Assembly (NCBI GenBank): GCA_963704495.1 | Contig: OY969911.1 | Location: 1,764,060-1,828,059, forward strand | Direction of reading: 5' to 3' | DNA length: 64,000 nucleotides | DNA from: an uncultured Solirubrobacteraceae bacterium | GTDB taxonomy: Bacteria; Actinomycetota; Thermoleophilia; Solirubrobacterales; Solirubrobacteraceae | Shown: piece by piece, positions 9,427-18,618 of the stretch | Position numbering within the stretch: position 1 is the stretch's first letter | How the letters are laid out: every line of letters starts with the position of its first letter | Translations under genes and position numbers: made by a program | The notes under the pieces: generated by a model | Database searches by the model: none | What the model was told of the DNA's origin: nothing | Seen by the model: the letters and a program-made list of their open reading frames with translations, nothing else

Positions 9427-10194
9427 ATGACCGGCTATGATCCCGCCCGCTACGGCAACGTCGTCGGCGACAACTACGACGAGATCTACCCCGGCGACCC
9501 GCGGGAGACCGCGGCGACCGCCGACACGCTGGCCCGCCTCACCCGCGAACGCGAACCGCACACCCTGCTCGAGCTCGGCATCGGCACCGGACGCGTCGCG
9601 CTTGCCGTCCAACAGCACGACATCCAAGTAGCCGGGATCGACGGCTCCGAGGGCATGATCGCGCAGCTCCGCGCCAAGCCCGAGGCGACCGAGGTTCAGG
9701 TCGCGATAGGCGACTATCGCGACACGCGACTAGGCGCCACGTTCGCCACCGTCGCCCTGCTCTACAACGGGATCCTCGACCCCCGCGGTGCCGGCGCTCA
9801 ACTCGACATCTTCCGCAACGCCGCCAGACACCTCGCGCCAGGCGGCCGCTTCGTCGTCGAGTCGCTCGTCCTGAGCGATGAGCAGCGCGGCGGCGGCTGG
9901 TGGACGACGCCGCGGTACGTCGGCAGCGAGCACATCGAGCTGCAGTTCGCGCGCTACGACATCCGCACCAACCGCATCGAGCGGACCCTCGTCCATATGC
10001 GCCCCGCGGGCCTGCAATTCCTCACGGTCACCGACACCTACGCAAGCCCCGCGGAGCTAGACCTAATGGCCACCGTAACCGGCTTCGCGCTGCTGGAAAG
10101 GCACTCCGGCTGGAAAGGAGAGGACTACACGGCACACAGCACCCGCCATGTCTCGGTGTACGAGCTCAAGCGCCCCGATGAGCTGACGCGGTAG
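9427..10194 (+). CDS. Class I SAM-dependent methyltransferase
   Basis: LLELGIGTGRVA, GIDGSEGM, HLAPGGRFVVE. Confidence 0.88.
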   Translation: MTGYDPARYGNVVGDNYDEIYPGDPRETAATADTLARLTREREPHTLLELGIGTGRVALAVQQHDIQVAGIDGSEGMIAQLRAKPEATEVQVAIGDYRDTRLGATFATVALLYNGILDPRGAGAQLDIFRNAARHLAPGGRFVVESLVLSDEQRGGGWWTTPRYVGSEHIELQFARYDIRTNRIERTLVHMRPAGLQFLTVTDTYASPAELDLMATVTGFALLERHSGWKGEDYTAHSTRHVSVYELKRPDELTR

Positions 10195-10357
10195 TGCCGC
10201 TCTTGCTTTCCATCCGAGCGCTCGTCTACAACTTCACCTGTCACGCTCGACGCGGCTACCCGCGTCCTCGTCGTGTTGTCCGCCTCGCATGCTTTGCTGG
10301 TCCAAACGATGGCGATAGCCGTCAACCCGACCGGCGCCGCAGGAGGCGGACCGTGCG

Positions 10358-11185
10358 ATGGAACTGCTCAGTCTCAGCGGCGACCTGACTCGCGAAAACG
10401 CGGTCGGCCAGCTGCTCACGGCAAGTACCTCCCAGGACGCCGACAACGAGCTGTATCTACACGCCAGTGAGATTGACCGTGTCGACGCGGTCACCGCGGC
10501 CGCGCTCCGGCTGCGAATCGCGCGAGACGCGCGCGAGCACCCCGACGGCACCGTCACGCTCGTGCCGCCCAGCGACGCTGACGTGGCGGCCCAGCTCACC
10601 GCGCTGCTCGACGAGCTGCCCGCTCGGGTGGCGCTCACGAAGGAGGTGACTGTACAGGCCCCGGCGAACTACGCGCTGGTGCCCGCGACGCTCGTCGAGG
10701 ACTCACAAGCCGCTATCGCGCTCGGAGGCTTCACGCTCGAGGCATGCGAGCGCGCCCGGATCGCGCGTCATCGCGCCGCCTTCATCACCGCCGCCGCGAT
10801 GGAGCTCGCCGATAATGCGGTCGTTCACGCCGACGCGCCGACCGACCCGCCGGTCGTCGCGCTGACGAACGTCGACCGCGGCCGTATCATCCAGCTCGCG
10901 GTGGTCGACACAGGCCGCGGGATCGCTGAGTCCGACGATCCGCGGGAGTTCCTGCGGACGATTCCGAGGCGTGCGCTCGACGGCGACGCCGGCTTCCTCG
11001 GCGACATCCTCCGCCGTGCCCAACGCGCCGGCGTCCAGGTTCAGGTGCAGATCCTCGCCGGCACCGGGCGGCTGCTGTGGACGCCGATGCTGCACCGCAC
11101 GATCGAGGGCGTCCACCTGCCCGGCACCAGCGTCATCGTTCGCATCGTCACCGAACGTGCGTCTACCGGTGGGTCCGACGGGTAG
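10358..11185 (+). CDS. STAS-like plus GHKL (anti-sigma-factor-kinase-like) protein
   Basis: N-box MELADNAVVHA, G1 box VVDTGRGI; RBS GGAGG upstream. Confidence 0.75.
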   Translation: MELLSLSGDLTRENAVGQLLTASTSQDADNELYLHASEIDRVDAVTAAALRLRIARDAREHPDGTVTLVPPSDADVAAQLTALLDELPARVALTKEVTVQAPANYALVPATLVEDSQAAIALGGFTLEACERARIARHRAAFITAAAMELADNAVVHADAPTDPPVVALTNVDRGRIIQLAVVDTGRGIAESDDPREFLRTIPRRALDGDAGFLGDILRRAQRAGVQVQVQILAGTGRLLWTPMLHRTIEGVHLPGTSVIVRIVTERASTGGSDG

Positions 11186-11206
11186 CCGACGGCTATTGTT
11201 TCAGCC

Positions 11207-11761
11207 ATGTCAGTGAAACGGGATGCCGTAGCTTTCAAGCTGCCAGGGAAGGTGCTCGGTACCCGGACCCTCGGCCGCGAAGTCGCCGAGCGGCTGCGCG
11301 AACGAGTCGGAGACGGCCACACAGACCTCTTCGTCGACTTCACCGGCGTCCAGGTCGCGTCCTCGCCGTTCCTGGACGAGGTCGCTCGCACCCTCCGCGC
11401 CTGGAACATCGACCATCCAGACCGGTTCGTGGTGCTGATCAACCTCAACGAGGACGTCGAAGACACGCTCACCCTCGTCCTCGAGCGGCTCAACATGATG
11501 CTCGTCACCTCTGAGAAGGGAACACTGAAGCTCATCGGCGGCAAGGCGCACCTCACGGCCACGCTGAAGGCCGCGCAAGAGCTCGAGGTGTTCACTGCGG
11601 CCGAGCTCGCCGAGCAGCTCGAGCTGAAGCTCCCGAACCTCCACCAACGCCTCGTCACCCTGCAAGAGGCTGGCGCCGTCGTCCGCGCGGCCGCCGACGG
11701 CAAACCGCAACGCCCGGTCGTCTTCGAGACGCCCTCGGCCGACGAGCTCGCTGCCTGCTAG
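11207..11761 (+). CDS. STAS-like (DUF4325-type) domain plus C-terminal winged HTH
   Basis: LGTRTLG..VDFTGVQVASSPFLDE; FTAAELAEQLELKLPNLHQRLVTLQEAGAV. Confidence 0.8.
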   Translation: MSVKRDAVAFKLPGKVLGTRTLGREVAERLRERVGDGHTDLFVDFTGVQVASSPFLDEVARTLRAWNIDHPDRFVVLINLNEDVEDTLTLVLERLNMMLVTSEKGTLKLIGGKAHLTATLKAAQELEVFTAAELAEQLELKLPNLHQRLVTLQEAGAVVRAAADGKPQRPVVFETPSADELAAC

Positions 11762-11803
11762 CTGACCCGCAACGAGCCGTGCGCGGGAAGTCGGGAGAGA
11801 GCG

Positions 11804-11836
11804 TGCTACATTAGTTCAGCGAGTTCAATGAACTAA
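11804..11836 (+). promoter_or_regulatory. Extended -10 promoter and palindromic operator of the Ubl operon
   Basis: TGcTACATT 11804-11812; TTAGTTCA (11811-11818)/TGAACTAA (11829-11836) inverted repeat; RBS AAGGAG follows. Confidence 0.65.
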
Positions 11837-11846
11837 GGAGAGCACG

Positions 11847-12275
11847 ATGGCCGACAGCACCGTCACCCCAGAGCCCAACGCCAGACACGCGGTCACGATC
11901 CTCGTCGACGACAACCCGGTCACCCTCCAGAAAGACCACGCGACCGGCCACAAGATCAAGGCCGCCGCCGGAATCCCAGGGGACTCCGAGCTGCATGGTC
12001 CGAATGGAGAGCTGATCGCCAACGACGAGCGCGTAGAGCTCGAGAACGGCGAGAAGTTCACGACCACGCAGAAGCTCGTCGAGATCCTCGTCAACAACAG
12101 AGCGGTCGAGGTGCCCGGCCACAAGGTCACCGGCGCACAGATCAAGCAGGCCGCAGGAGTCCCAGATGACTTCAAGCTATTCGGGCCGGATGGCGAGGAA
12201 ATCGCCGACAACGAGACGATCAAGGTCAAGCACCACGAGCGGTTCACGGCGATCTCCGGGCAGGACGTCTCGTGA
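11847..12275 (+). CDS. Multi-ubiquitin-domain protein (two beta-grasp repeats), BubA/BilA-like
   Basis: Internal duplication ILVDD..TGHKIKAAAGIP..LHGPNGELIANDE..F / ILVNN..TGAQIKQAAGVP..LFGPDGEEIADNE..F; upstream of E2 and E1 genes. Confidence 0.85.
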   Translation: MADSTVTPEPNARHAVTILVDDNPVTLQKDHATGHKIKAAAGIPGDSELHGPNGELIANDERVELENGEKFTTTQKLVEILVNNRAVEVPGHKVTGAQIKQAAGVPDDFKLFGPDGEEIADNETIKVKHHERFTAISGQDVS

Positions 12276-12652
12276 GCGCCGCGACCGTCCCGGCGGAGAT
12301 CGCCAGCTCCGTCGCCGAGCTACAGGCGGCGTTCCCCGGCCGCGTCCAGACCTACGAGGACGCGGCCGGGCTGATCGTCGCGATCAACGGCGTGGCGCTC
12401 AGCGAGCGCTGGACCCCACGCACCGGCACGCTCTGGTTCCTGATTCCCTACCACTACCCGGACGCGGCGATCTACCCGTTCTACGTCACCGGCGCGCGGC
12501 CGACCGGCGACATGATCAACGGCCTGCAAGACGTCCCCTGGCGAAACGAGCCGGCGATACAGGTCTCCCTACGCCACCGGGCGTGGAGCCCCAAGCTCGA
12601 CACAGCCCTCGGCTCAGCACTGCAGGCGAAAGCATGGCTCGCGACCAACTGA
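12272..12652 (+). CDS. Prokaryotic E2/UBC-like protein, no cysteine
   Basis: FLIPYHYPDAA and QVSLRH..W.P..D motifs; GTGA overlap with the Ubl gene. Confidence 0.75.
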   Translation: MSAATVPAEIASSVAELQAAFPGRVQTYEDAAGLIVAINGVALSERWTPRTGTLWFLIPYHYPDAAIYPFYVTGARPTGDMINGLQDVPWRNEPAIQVSLRHRAWSPKLDTALGSALQAKAWLATN

Positions 12653-14106
12653 ACGAGCTCAGGATCTCCGCGGACGAGTACGAGCGTCTGCACCGCCACC
12701 TGTTCCCAGGCGACCACGACGAGCACGGCGCAATCCTGCTCGTCGGCGAGCGCCACACGGCAGACCGAAGCACGCTCGCCGTCCGCGAGACGCACCTCCT
12801 CAAACCTCACGAGTTCCCGCCGGGCCGACACGGCTACCGGCAATTCGCCGCTGCCGCGCTCGCGCGGCTCGGCAACAGAGCCGCTCAGGAGCAGCTCTCC
12901 ATCGTCACCGTCCACAGCCACCCCGGCGCTCATACCAGCAACGCGCTCTCCGGCGATGACCTCGCCGCGCACGAGCGCGTGTTCCCGCACCTACTCGACA
13001 TCACCGGCGCCCAGAGCGTCACCGGCATCGCGCTCGGAGCAGAAAGCGCCGCCGGTGAGACCTGGCATAGCAACGGCAGCCGTCAAGACCTGACCCGCGT
13101 GCAGGTCATCGGGCCGAACGTCACGACTCTACGGCCACGCCCAGCCGACCTCGTGGCCAGCGACCTCGAGCGCTTCGACCGGCAAGTACTTCTCTTCGGC
13201 GCGACCGGACAGGCATGGCTGCGCGACCTGCACGTCGGCGTGATCGGCGCCGGCGGCGGCGGGTCCGTCCTCATCGAGCAGCTCGCCCACCTCGGCGTCG
13301 GCCACATCACCGCAATCGATCACGACATCGTCAAGCGCCACAACCTCTCACGGATCATCGGCGCGACCGAGCGCGACGCACGCAAGAAACGAAAGAAGGT
13401 TCACGTTGCCCAGGATCACGCGACCCGAATCGATCCCAGCATCCGCTTCACCGCGATCGACGGTGACATCAGCCACACCGAGATCGCACCTCAGGTGCTC
13501 GGATGCGACTACCTCCTGCTCGCAACGGACACTGCCACCGCACGTCTCGTCGCGAACGCGATCGCTCAGAGCTTTCTCATCCCCGTGATCCAGATCGGCG
13601 CGAAGGTCGAGCTCCGCGAAGGCGGCGCGATCGAGCAGATCTACACCGCCGTCCGTCCCGTACTACCCAGGCATGGCTGCCTTGCATGCACCGGGCTCAT
13701 CGACCCGTTCCTGCTGCAACGAGAGGCAGCGACACCCGAGCAACGCGACCAGCAGAACTACCTCGGCAACGAGGACGTAGCAGACCCCTCCGTGACCACC
13801 CTCAACGTCGCGGCCGCCGCCGGCGCACTGAACGTGCTGCTCATGTCGGTCATCGGCCAGGCCGACCCGGAGCTCGCCAAGCACCGGATCACCCTCACAC
13901 GCGAAGGGCGCGTCCTGGCCACGACCCCAGCTCGCGACCCCGACTGTCGCTGGTGCGGCGAGAGCGGCAGTTCCCGCTACGCCCGCGCTGACCTCGGTCT
14001 CCTGCCACTACGACAGCACGCAACGCTCGGCAAATCGGGCCAACGAACCCCTCGACGGCTTCTAGCGGCAATGCTCGGCCGCTGGAACAGGGCGTCCCGG
14101 CGATAG
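12634..14106 (+). CDS. JAB/MPN peptidase - ThiF/E1 fusion
   Basis: JAB: DEHGAIL..VHSHP..LSGDD; E1: RFDRQ, VIGAGGGGS, D.D.V..HNLSR, CLAC, CRWC. Confidence 0.9.
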   Translation: MARDQLNELRISADEYERLHRHLFPGDHDEHGAILLVGERHTADRSTLAVRETHLLKPHEFPPGRHGYRQFAAAALARLGNRAAQEQLSIVTVHSHPGAHTSNALSGDDLAAHERVFPHLLDITGAQSVTGIALGAESAAGETWHSNGSRQDLTRVQVIGPNVTTLRPRPADLVASDLERFDRQVLLFGATGQAWLRDLHVGVIGAGGGGSVLIEQLAHLGVGHITAIDHDIVKRHNLSRIIGATERDARKKRKKVHVAQDHATRIDPSIRFTAIDGDISHTEIAPQVLGCDYLLLATDTATARLVANAIAQSFLIPVIQIGAKVELREGGAIEQIYTAVRPVLPRHGCLACTGLIDPFLLQREAATPEQRDQQNYLGNEDVADPSVTTLNVAAAAGALNVLLMSVIGQADPELAKHRITLTREGRVLATTPARDPDCRWCGESGSSRYARADLGLLPLRQHATLGKSGQRTPRRLLAAMLGRWNRASRR

Positions 14107-14256
14107 TCAGAAGCCGGTGCCCCGCGACCGCGCTGTCGATCGGAGTACTCGACAGTGCCCCCGCCTGGCCCTCCGGGGCCTGGCAGGGAAATCCTTCGGG
14201 AAATACTCGACTGCTGGAGTAGGCTCTAAAACAGCCCTTTTGCAGTGCTTTTTAAG

Positions 14257-14330
14257 TGCCGGAGGAGGGACTCGAACCCCCGACACGCGGATTATGATTC
14301 CGCTGCTCTAACCAGCTGAGCTACTCCGGC
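14257..14330 (-). tRNA. tRNA-Met(CAT), probably elongator; CCA not encoded
   Basis: GCCGGAG acceptor stem, TAGCTCAG D arm, GCGGA-ATCATAA-TCCGC anticodon arm, GGTTCGAGTCC T arm. Confidence 0.93.
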
Positions 14331-14356
14331 GGGGTGGCGCAGTTTAGCCTCGTGTC

Positions 14357-15340
14357 ATGCCCTCACCAATCCTGCTCGCCGTGCCCAACGTCTCCGAGGG
14401 CCGCGACGCCGCCACGATCGCGCGGATCGGCGCCGCGTTCGCGCAGGACGCGACGAACGGCACGCCTGTGCCGGCCGGCAAGACCGACCAGGCTGAGGTC
14501 GGCACCGGCGTCCGCCTGCTCGACGTCCACTCAGACCCCGACCATCATCGCTCCGTCTTCACGCTCGCCGGCCCGCCGCCCGTGCTCGCCGACGCGCTCG
14601 TCAACGGCGCCGCCGAGTCTGTGCGCTCGATTGACGTCATCAGCCGCTTCAGCGCCAATCCCGCCGAGCGCGGCGCCCACCCCCATGTCGGCGCCATCGA
14701 TGTCGTCCCGCTCGTCTACTTCGACCAACGCCTGCGCGGCGCCGCCTGCGCCGAGGCGCTCGTTGTAGGCGATCGCATTGCAAGCGAGCTCGACCTGCCC
14801 GTCTTCCTCTACGGCGAGCTTGCCGGTGACCTGCCCGGCCGCACGCGCGCCGAGCTCAGGCGCGGCGGCGTCGCCGGCCTTGCCCAGCGGCTGGGCGCCG
14901 GTGAGGTTCGTCCCGACTTCGGTCCTGCCAAGCTCCATCCGAGCGCCGGTGCCGTGCTCGTCGCCGCGCGCGAGCCGCTCGTCGCCTTCAACCTCCAGCT
15001 TCAAGCGCCCGCCACGATTGAGGATGCCCGTCTCGTCGCCTCGCTCGTGCGCGAGGGCGGTACCCGCGGACTACCCGGCGTCAGGGCCATCGCCGTCGCC
15101 CTCGGCGGCGGTGTCGCGCAGGTCTCCATGAACGTTGAGCGCCCGCTCGAGCTGCCCCTCTCAGAGGTCGTCAAGGCCGTCGACGAGCTCGCCCCCGTCG
15201 CCGGCGCCGAGCTCGTCGGCCTCGCCCCCCGCGCCGCCTTCGAGGGCTTCTCGCCCGATCTGCCGCTTCCCGGCTTCGACCCTGCCCGGCATCTGATCGA
15301 GAACGCCCTCGCCGAGTCCGCGGCGCCCGAAACGCACTAG
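14357..15340 (+). CDS. ftcd: Glutamate formiminotransferase
   Basis: AVPNVSEGRD, DPDHHRSVFT, GAHPHVGAIDVVP, LVAFN, QVSMN. Confidence 0.88.
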   Translation: MPSPILLAVPNVSEGRDAATIARIGAAFAQDATNGTPVPAGKTDQAEVGTGVRLLDVHSDPDHHRSVFTLAGPPPVLADALVNGAAESVRSIDVISRFSANPAERGAHPHVGAIDVVPLVYFDQRLRGAACAEALVVGDRIASELDLPVFLYGELAGDLPGRTRAELRRGGVAGLAQRLGAGEVRPDFGPAKLHPSAGAVLVAAREPLVAFNLQLQAPATIEDARLVASLVREGGTRGLPGVRAIAVALGGGVAQVSMNVERPLELPLSEVVKAVDELAPVAGAELVGLAPRAAFEGFSPDLPLPGFDPARHLIENALAESAAPETH

Positions 15341-15349
15341 GCTCCTTGA

Positions 15350-15736
15350 ATGGCCCAGACCAGGCGCAAACGCCAGACCAAGCATCGTGGCAACGCCGCC
15401 GGCGTCGTCGAGTCGCGCGGGCGCACCGGGCGCAAGCCGACCGCTGCTGAGAAGAGCGGTAAGGCCGCCGAGGCCGCCAAGGCCAAACAGCAGCGCCTCG
15501 ACCGCACCAACCGCCCGCCCACCTGGCGCGGCGCCTTCATACGCGCGCTCGTCGCCGCCACCGCGCTCGTGCTGCTCGCCGGGCTGCTCCTGAAAGCGAG
15601 CGCCGGGCAGTCCGTCGCCTATTTCTTCGTCGGCCTGATCGCCTACACGCCGATCAGCTACTACAGCGACAGCTGGCTCTACAAACGCCGTCAGGCCAAG
15701 GTCAAGGGCGGTGGCGGCAAGGCGGGCGCCCGATGA
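15350..15736 (+). CDS. Conserved hypothetical membrane protein
   Basis: Basic N-terminus, two TM segments; operon position. Confidence 0.7.
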   Translation: MAQTRRKRQTKHRGNAAGVVESRGRTGRKPTAAEKSGKAAEAAKAKQQRLDRTNRPPTWRGAFIRALVAATALVLLAGLLLKASAGQSVAYFFVGLIAYTPISYYSDSWLYKRRQAKVKGGGGKAGAR

Positions 15737-16485
15737 GCGCCCTCGACGTGCGCTCCTTCACCGTCGGCATGGTGCAGGAGAACAGCTACATCGTCAGCGA
15801 CCCCGCCGCCCCCGCCGGCGAGGACGGCCGGCGCCCCGCCGTGATCGTCGACCCCGGCGATGAGCCCGAGCGTTTGCTCGAGGCGATCGACGGGCTCGGC
15901 GTGCGGATCGAGGCGATCCTGATCACGCACTGCCACTTCGACCACATCGGCGCCGTCGCGCCCGTCGCCCGCGCCACCGGCGCGCCCGTCTACTGCCCCG
16001 AGATCGAGCGCCCCGTGCTCGCCGACGTGATGAGCTGGGTGCCACCCGGCTTCGGCCCCTTCGAGAGCTACGAGGCCGATCACACCGTGGCCGGCGGCGA
16101 GAGCATCACGCTTGCCGATCTCGATATCAAAATAATCTTCACGCCCGGGCACAGCCCCGGCCACGTCACTTACGCGATCGCCCCTTCTCGCAGCGGGGAC
16201 GGCGGCGAGCAAGCGGCCTCGGTCGTCTCGCTGCTCTCCGGCGACGTGCTCTTCCAGGGCTCCGTCGGTCGCGTCGATTTGCCCGGCGGCGACTGGCCCA
16301 CGCTGGAGCGCTCGATCGGCGGCCTGCTGCGCTCCTTCGTCCCCGAGACAGTCGTCTACCCCGGCCACATGGGCGTGACCACGCTCGGACGCGAGCGCGA
16401 CACCAATCCCTTCCTCACGGAGCTGCGCGAGCGCGTGCCGCGTGCCGCTGCGATCGCGCCCGACGCGTCCGCCGCCGGAAGTTGA
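15733..16485 (+). CDS. MBL-fold metallo-hydrolase (glyoxalase II-like)
   Basis: [26 protein letters not shown]. Confidence 0.9.
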   Translation: MSALDVRSFTVGMVQENSYIVSDPAAPAGEDGRRPAVIVDPGDEPERLLEAIDGLGVRIEAILITHCHFDHIGAVAPVARATGAPVYCPEIERPVLADVMSWVPPGFGPFESYEADHTVAGGESITLADLDIKIIFTPGHSPGHVTYAIAPSRSGDGGEQAASVVSLLSGDVLFQGSVGRVDLPGGDWPTLERSIGGLLRSFVPETVVYPGHMGVTTLGRERDTNPFLTELRERVPRAAAIAPDASAAGS

Positions 16486-17740
16486 GCGCCCCCAAGCTCA
16501 AAGCGCCGCGCGGCACCTATCGACGTGCTCGGCGAGCAGGCGCACGAGCGCGCCACGCTCGAGGCCCGCGCCCGCGCGCTGCTCGAGGGCGCCGGCTACG
16601 AGCGAATCGAGACGCCCACCTTCGAGGCCACCGAGCTGTTCGCCCGCGGCGTCGGCGAGTCCACCGACATCGTGCGCAAGGAGATGTTCACCTTCTTGGA
16701 CGCCTCCGAGCGCTCGCTCGACATTGCGCCCCGAGGGCACCGCGCCCGTCTGCCGCGCCTACATCGAGCACGGCATGCACAAGCGCCGACAGCCCGTGAA
16801 GCTCTGGTATCTCTCGAGCTTCTTTCGCCACGAGCGCGCCCAGGCCGGGCGCTACCGCCAGTTCTGGCAGGTCGGCGCCGAGGCGCATCGGCTCTGAGGA
16901 CCCCGCCGTCGACGCCGAGTCGATCGCCTTGCTCGCCGCGCTGCTCGAGCAGATGGGCGTGCGCGAGGTGCGCCTGCGCCTGTCGAGCCTCGGCAGCCCC
17001 GCTACCCGCGCCGAGTACCGCGAGCGCCTGCAGGCTCACCTGCGCGCACACGAGTCAGAGCTCTCCGACGACGTGCGCGCGCGGATCGAGCTGAACCCGC
17101 TGCGTGCCTTCGACGCCGACCATGAGGGCACTCGCGCGCGTGATGGCCGGCGCCCCGCGTCTGCTCGATCAGCTCGAGCAGCGAGGACGCCGCGCACTTC
17201 GCCGAGGTGCGCGCGCTGCTCGATCGGGCTTCCGTTGCCTACGAGCTCGACTCCACGCTCGTGCGCGGCCTGGACTACTACACGCGCACCGTCTTCGAGT
17301 TCACCTCCGACGCGCTCGGTGCACAGAGCGGCGTCGGCGGCGGTGGGCGCTACGACGGGCTCGTCGAGCTGCTCGGCGGCAAGCCCACGCCCGGCATCGG
17401 CTGGGCCGCCGGGATCGAGCGGATCCTGCTCGCCGGCGACGGCGAGCACGCCGCTGCGAGTCCCGTCGATCTGTTCATCGCGCTCGACCGCGAGGAGTCA
17501 CGGCGTGTCGCCTTCGGCCTGCTGCACGATGCGCGCTCCGCCGGACTTGCCGCGCAGATGGAGCTCGCCGGGCGCTCGCTCAAAGGCCAGCTCGGCCACG
17601 CCGACGCGCTCGGCGCCCGCTACGTCGCGATCGTCGAAGACGACCGCACCGCGCTCAAGGACATGCAGGACGGCGGTCAGGAGCAGATCGCCACCGACAC
17701 CGTCGTGCACGCCGTCCTGCGCGGCCTGCGCACGCTCTGA
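16482..17740 (+). CDS. hisS: Histidine-tRNA ligase (several apparent frameshifts)
   Basis: [48 protein letters not shown] in different frames. Confidence 0.92.
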
Positions 17741-17820
17741 GCCGCCCTGCGCCGCTCGCCCGCGCTCGCTGAAAGCGATCTTGCAGCAGGGCCTTGAGCC
17801 GTCCGTCGCACCCTGCGCCG

Positions 17821-17849
17821 CTCAACTCTCACGCCCAAGTTGCCGAAGG
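17821..17849 (+). promoter_or_regulatory. Sigma-28/WhiG-like promoter
   Basis: CTCAAC-N15-GCCGAAGG, 8 nt before ATG 17858. Confidence 0.5.
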
Positions 17850-17857
17850 AGGGGGCA

Positions 17858-18602
17858 ATGACGCACATCTCGCGCCCCTTCCAGATCGCGCTCGCCGCGC
17901 TCGTCCTGTTCATCGCCGTTTGGTTCATCGCCCTGCGCGGTCACTCCTCCAGCTCCAGCTCGAGCGCGCCGGCGCCGGCAAGCTCGCCGAGCAGCCAGGC
18001 CCAGAGTGCACCAGGCGGTGGCACGCCCGCCTCCAAGGGCGGCGTCTACCACGGCTCCGCTCCCGGCGTCGAAGGGCTCTCGCGTGCGATCCAGAAGGCG
18101 CGCGGCGCCGTCGCCCAGTCCCAGCAGAACGCCAAGCAGCAGGGCTCCACGCAGAGCTCGAGTCGGCGCGCAGAAGCAGAGCTCGCAGACGCAGAACGCG
18201 CAGAGCCAGACCCAGAGCCAGCAGAAACAGAGCCGGCAGGCGCATAATTCTCAGCAGAGCAAGGCCGCCGCCGGCGTGCCCACGATGCAGGCCGTCGTCG
18301 AAGGCGAGCTGAAGCACGGCAAGGTCGTCGCCGTGCTCTTCTGGAACCCGAAGGGCGCCGTCGATGCGACCGTGCGCCGCGAACTGCGCGCCGCCGGCCG
18401 CGCCCAGCACGGCAAGCTCGCCGTGCATGTGGCTCGCTCGAACCAGGTCGGCTCGTTTGGCTCCTTCACGCACGCCGTGCAGGTGTACTCGACGCCCACC
18501 ATCCTGCTGATCAACGCCAAGGGCGAGACCTCGAGCCTGACCGGCCTGACCGACGCCTTCTCGATCGGCCAGGCGATCAAGGAAGTCAAGCGGGCCAAGT
18601 AG
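17858..18602 (+). CDS. Membrane-anchored protein with C-terminal thioredoxin-like (no CxxC) domain; frameshift ~18150
   Basis: N-terminal TM, low-complexity linker, KVVAVLFWN..STPTILLIN. Confidence 0.6.
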
Positions 18603-18618
18603 CCTTAAGCTCGGGAGC

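Larger units (their letters stand above)
5544..14301. mobile_element. Integrative genomic island at tRNA-Met
   Basis: 47-bp direct repeats, integrase next to one end, accessory cargo. Confidence 0.9.

Noticed and set aside
12166-12633. 646-aa version of the JAB-E1 ORF
   Set aside because: The extension overlaps the Ubl and E2 genes and is Arg-rich shadow sequence; the start at 12634 fits
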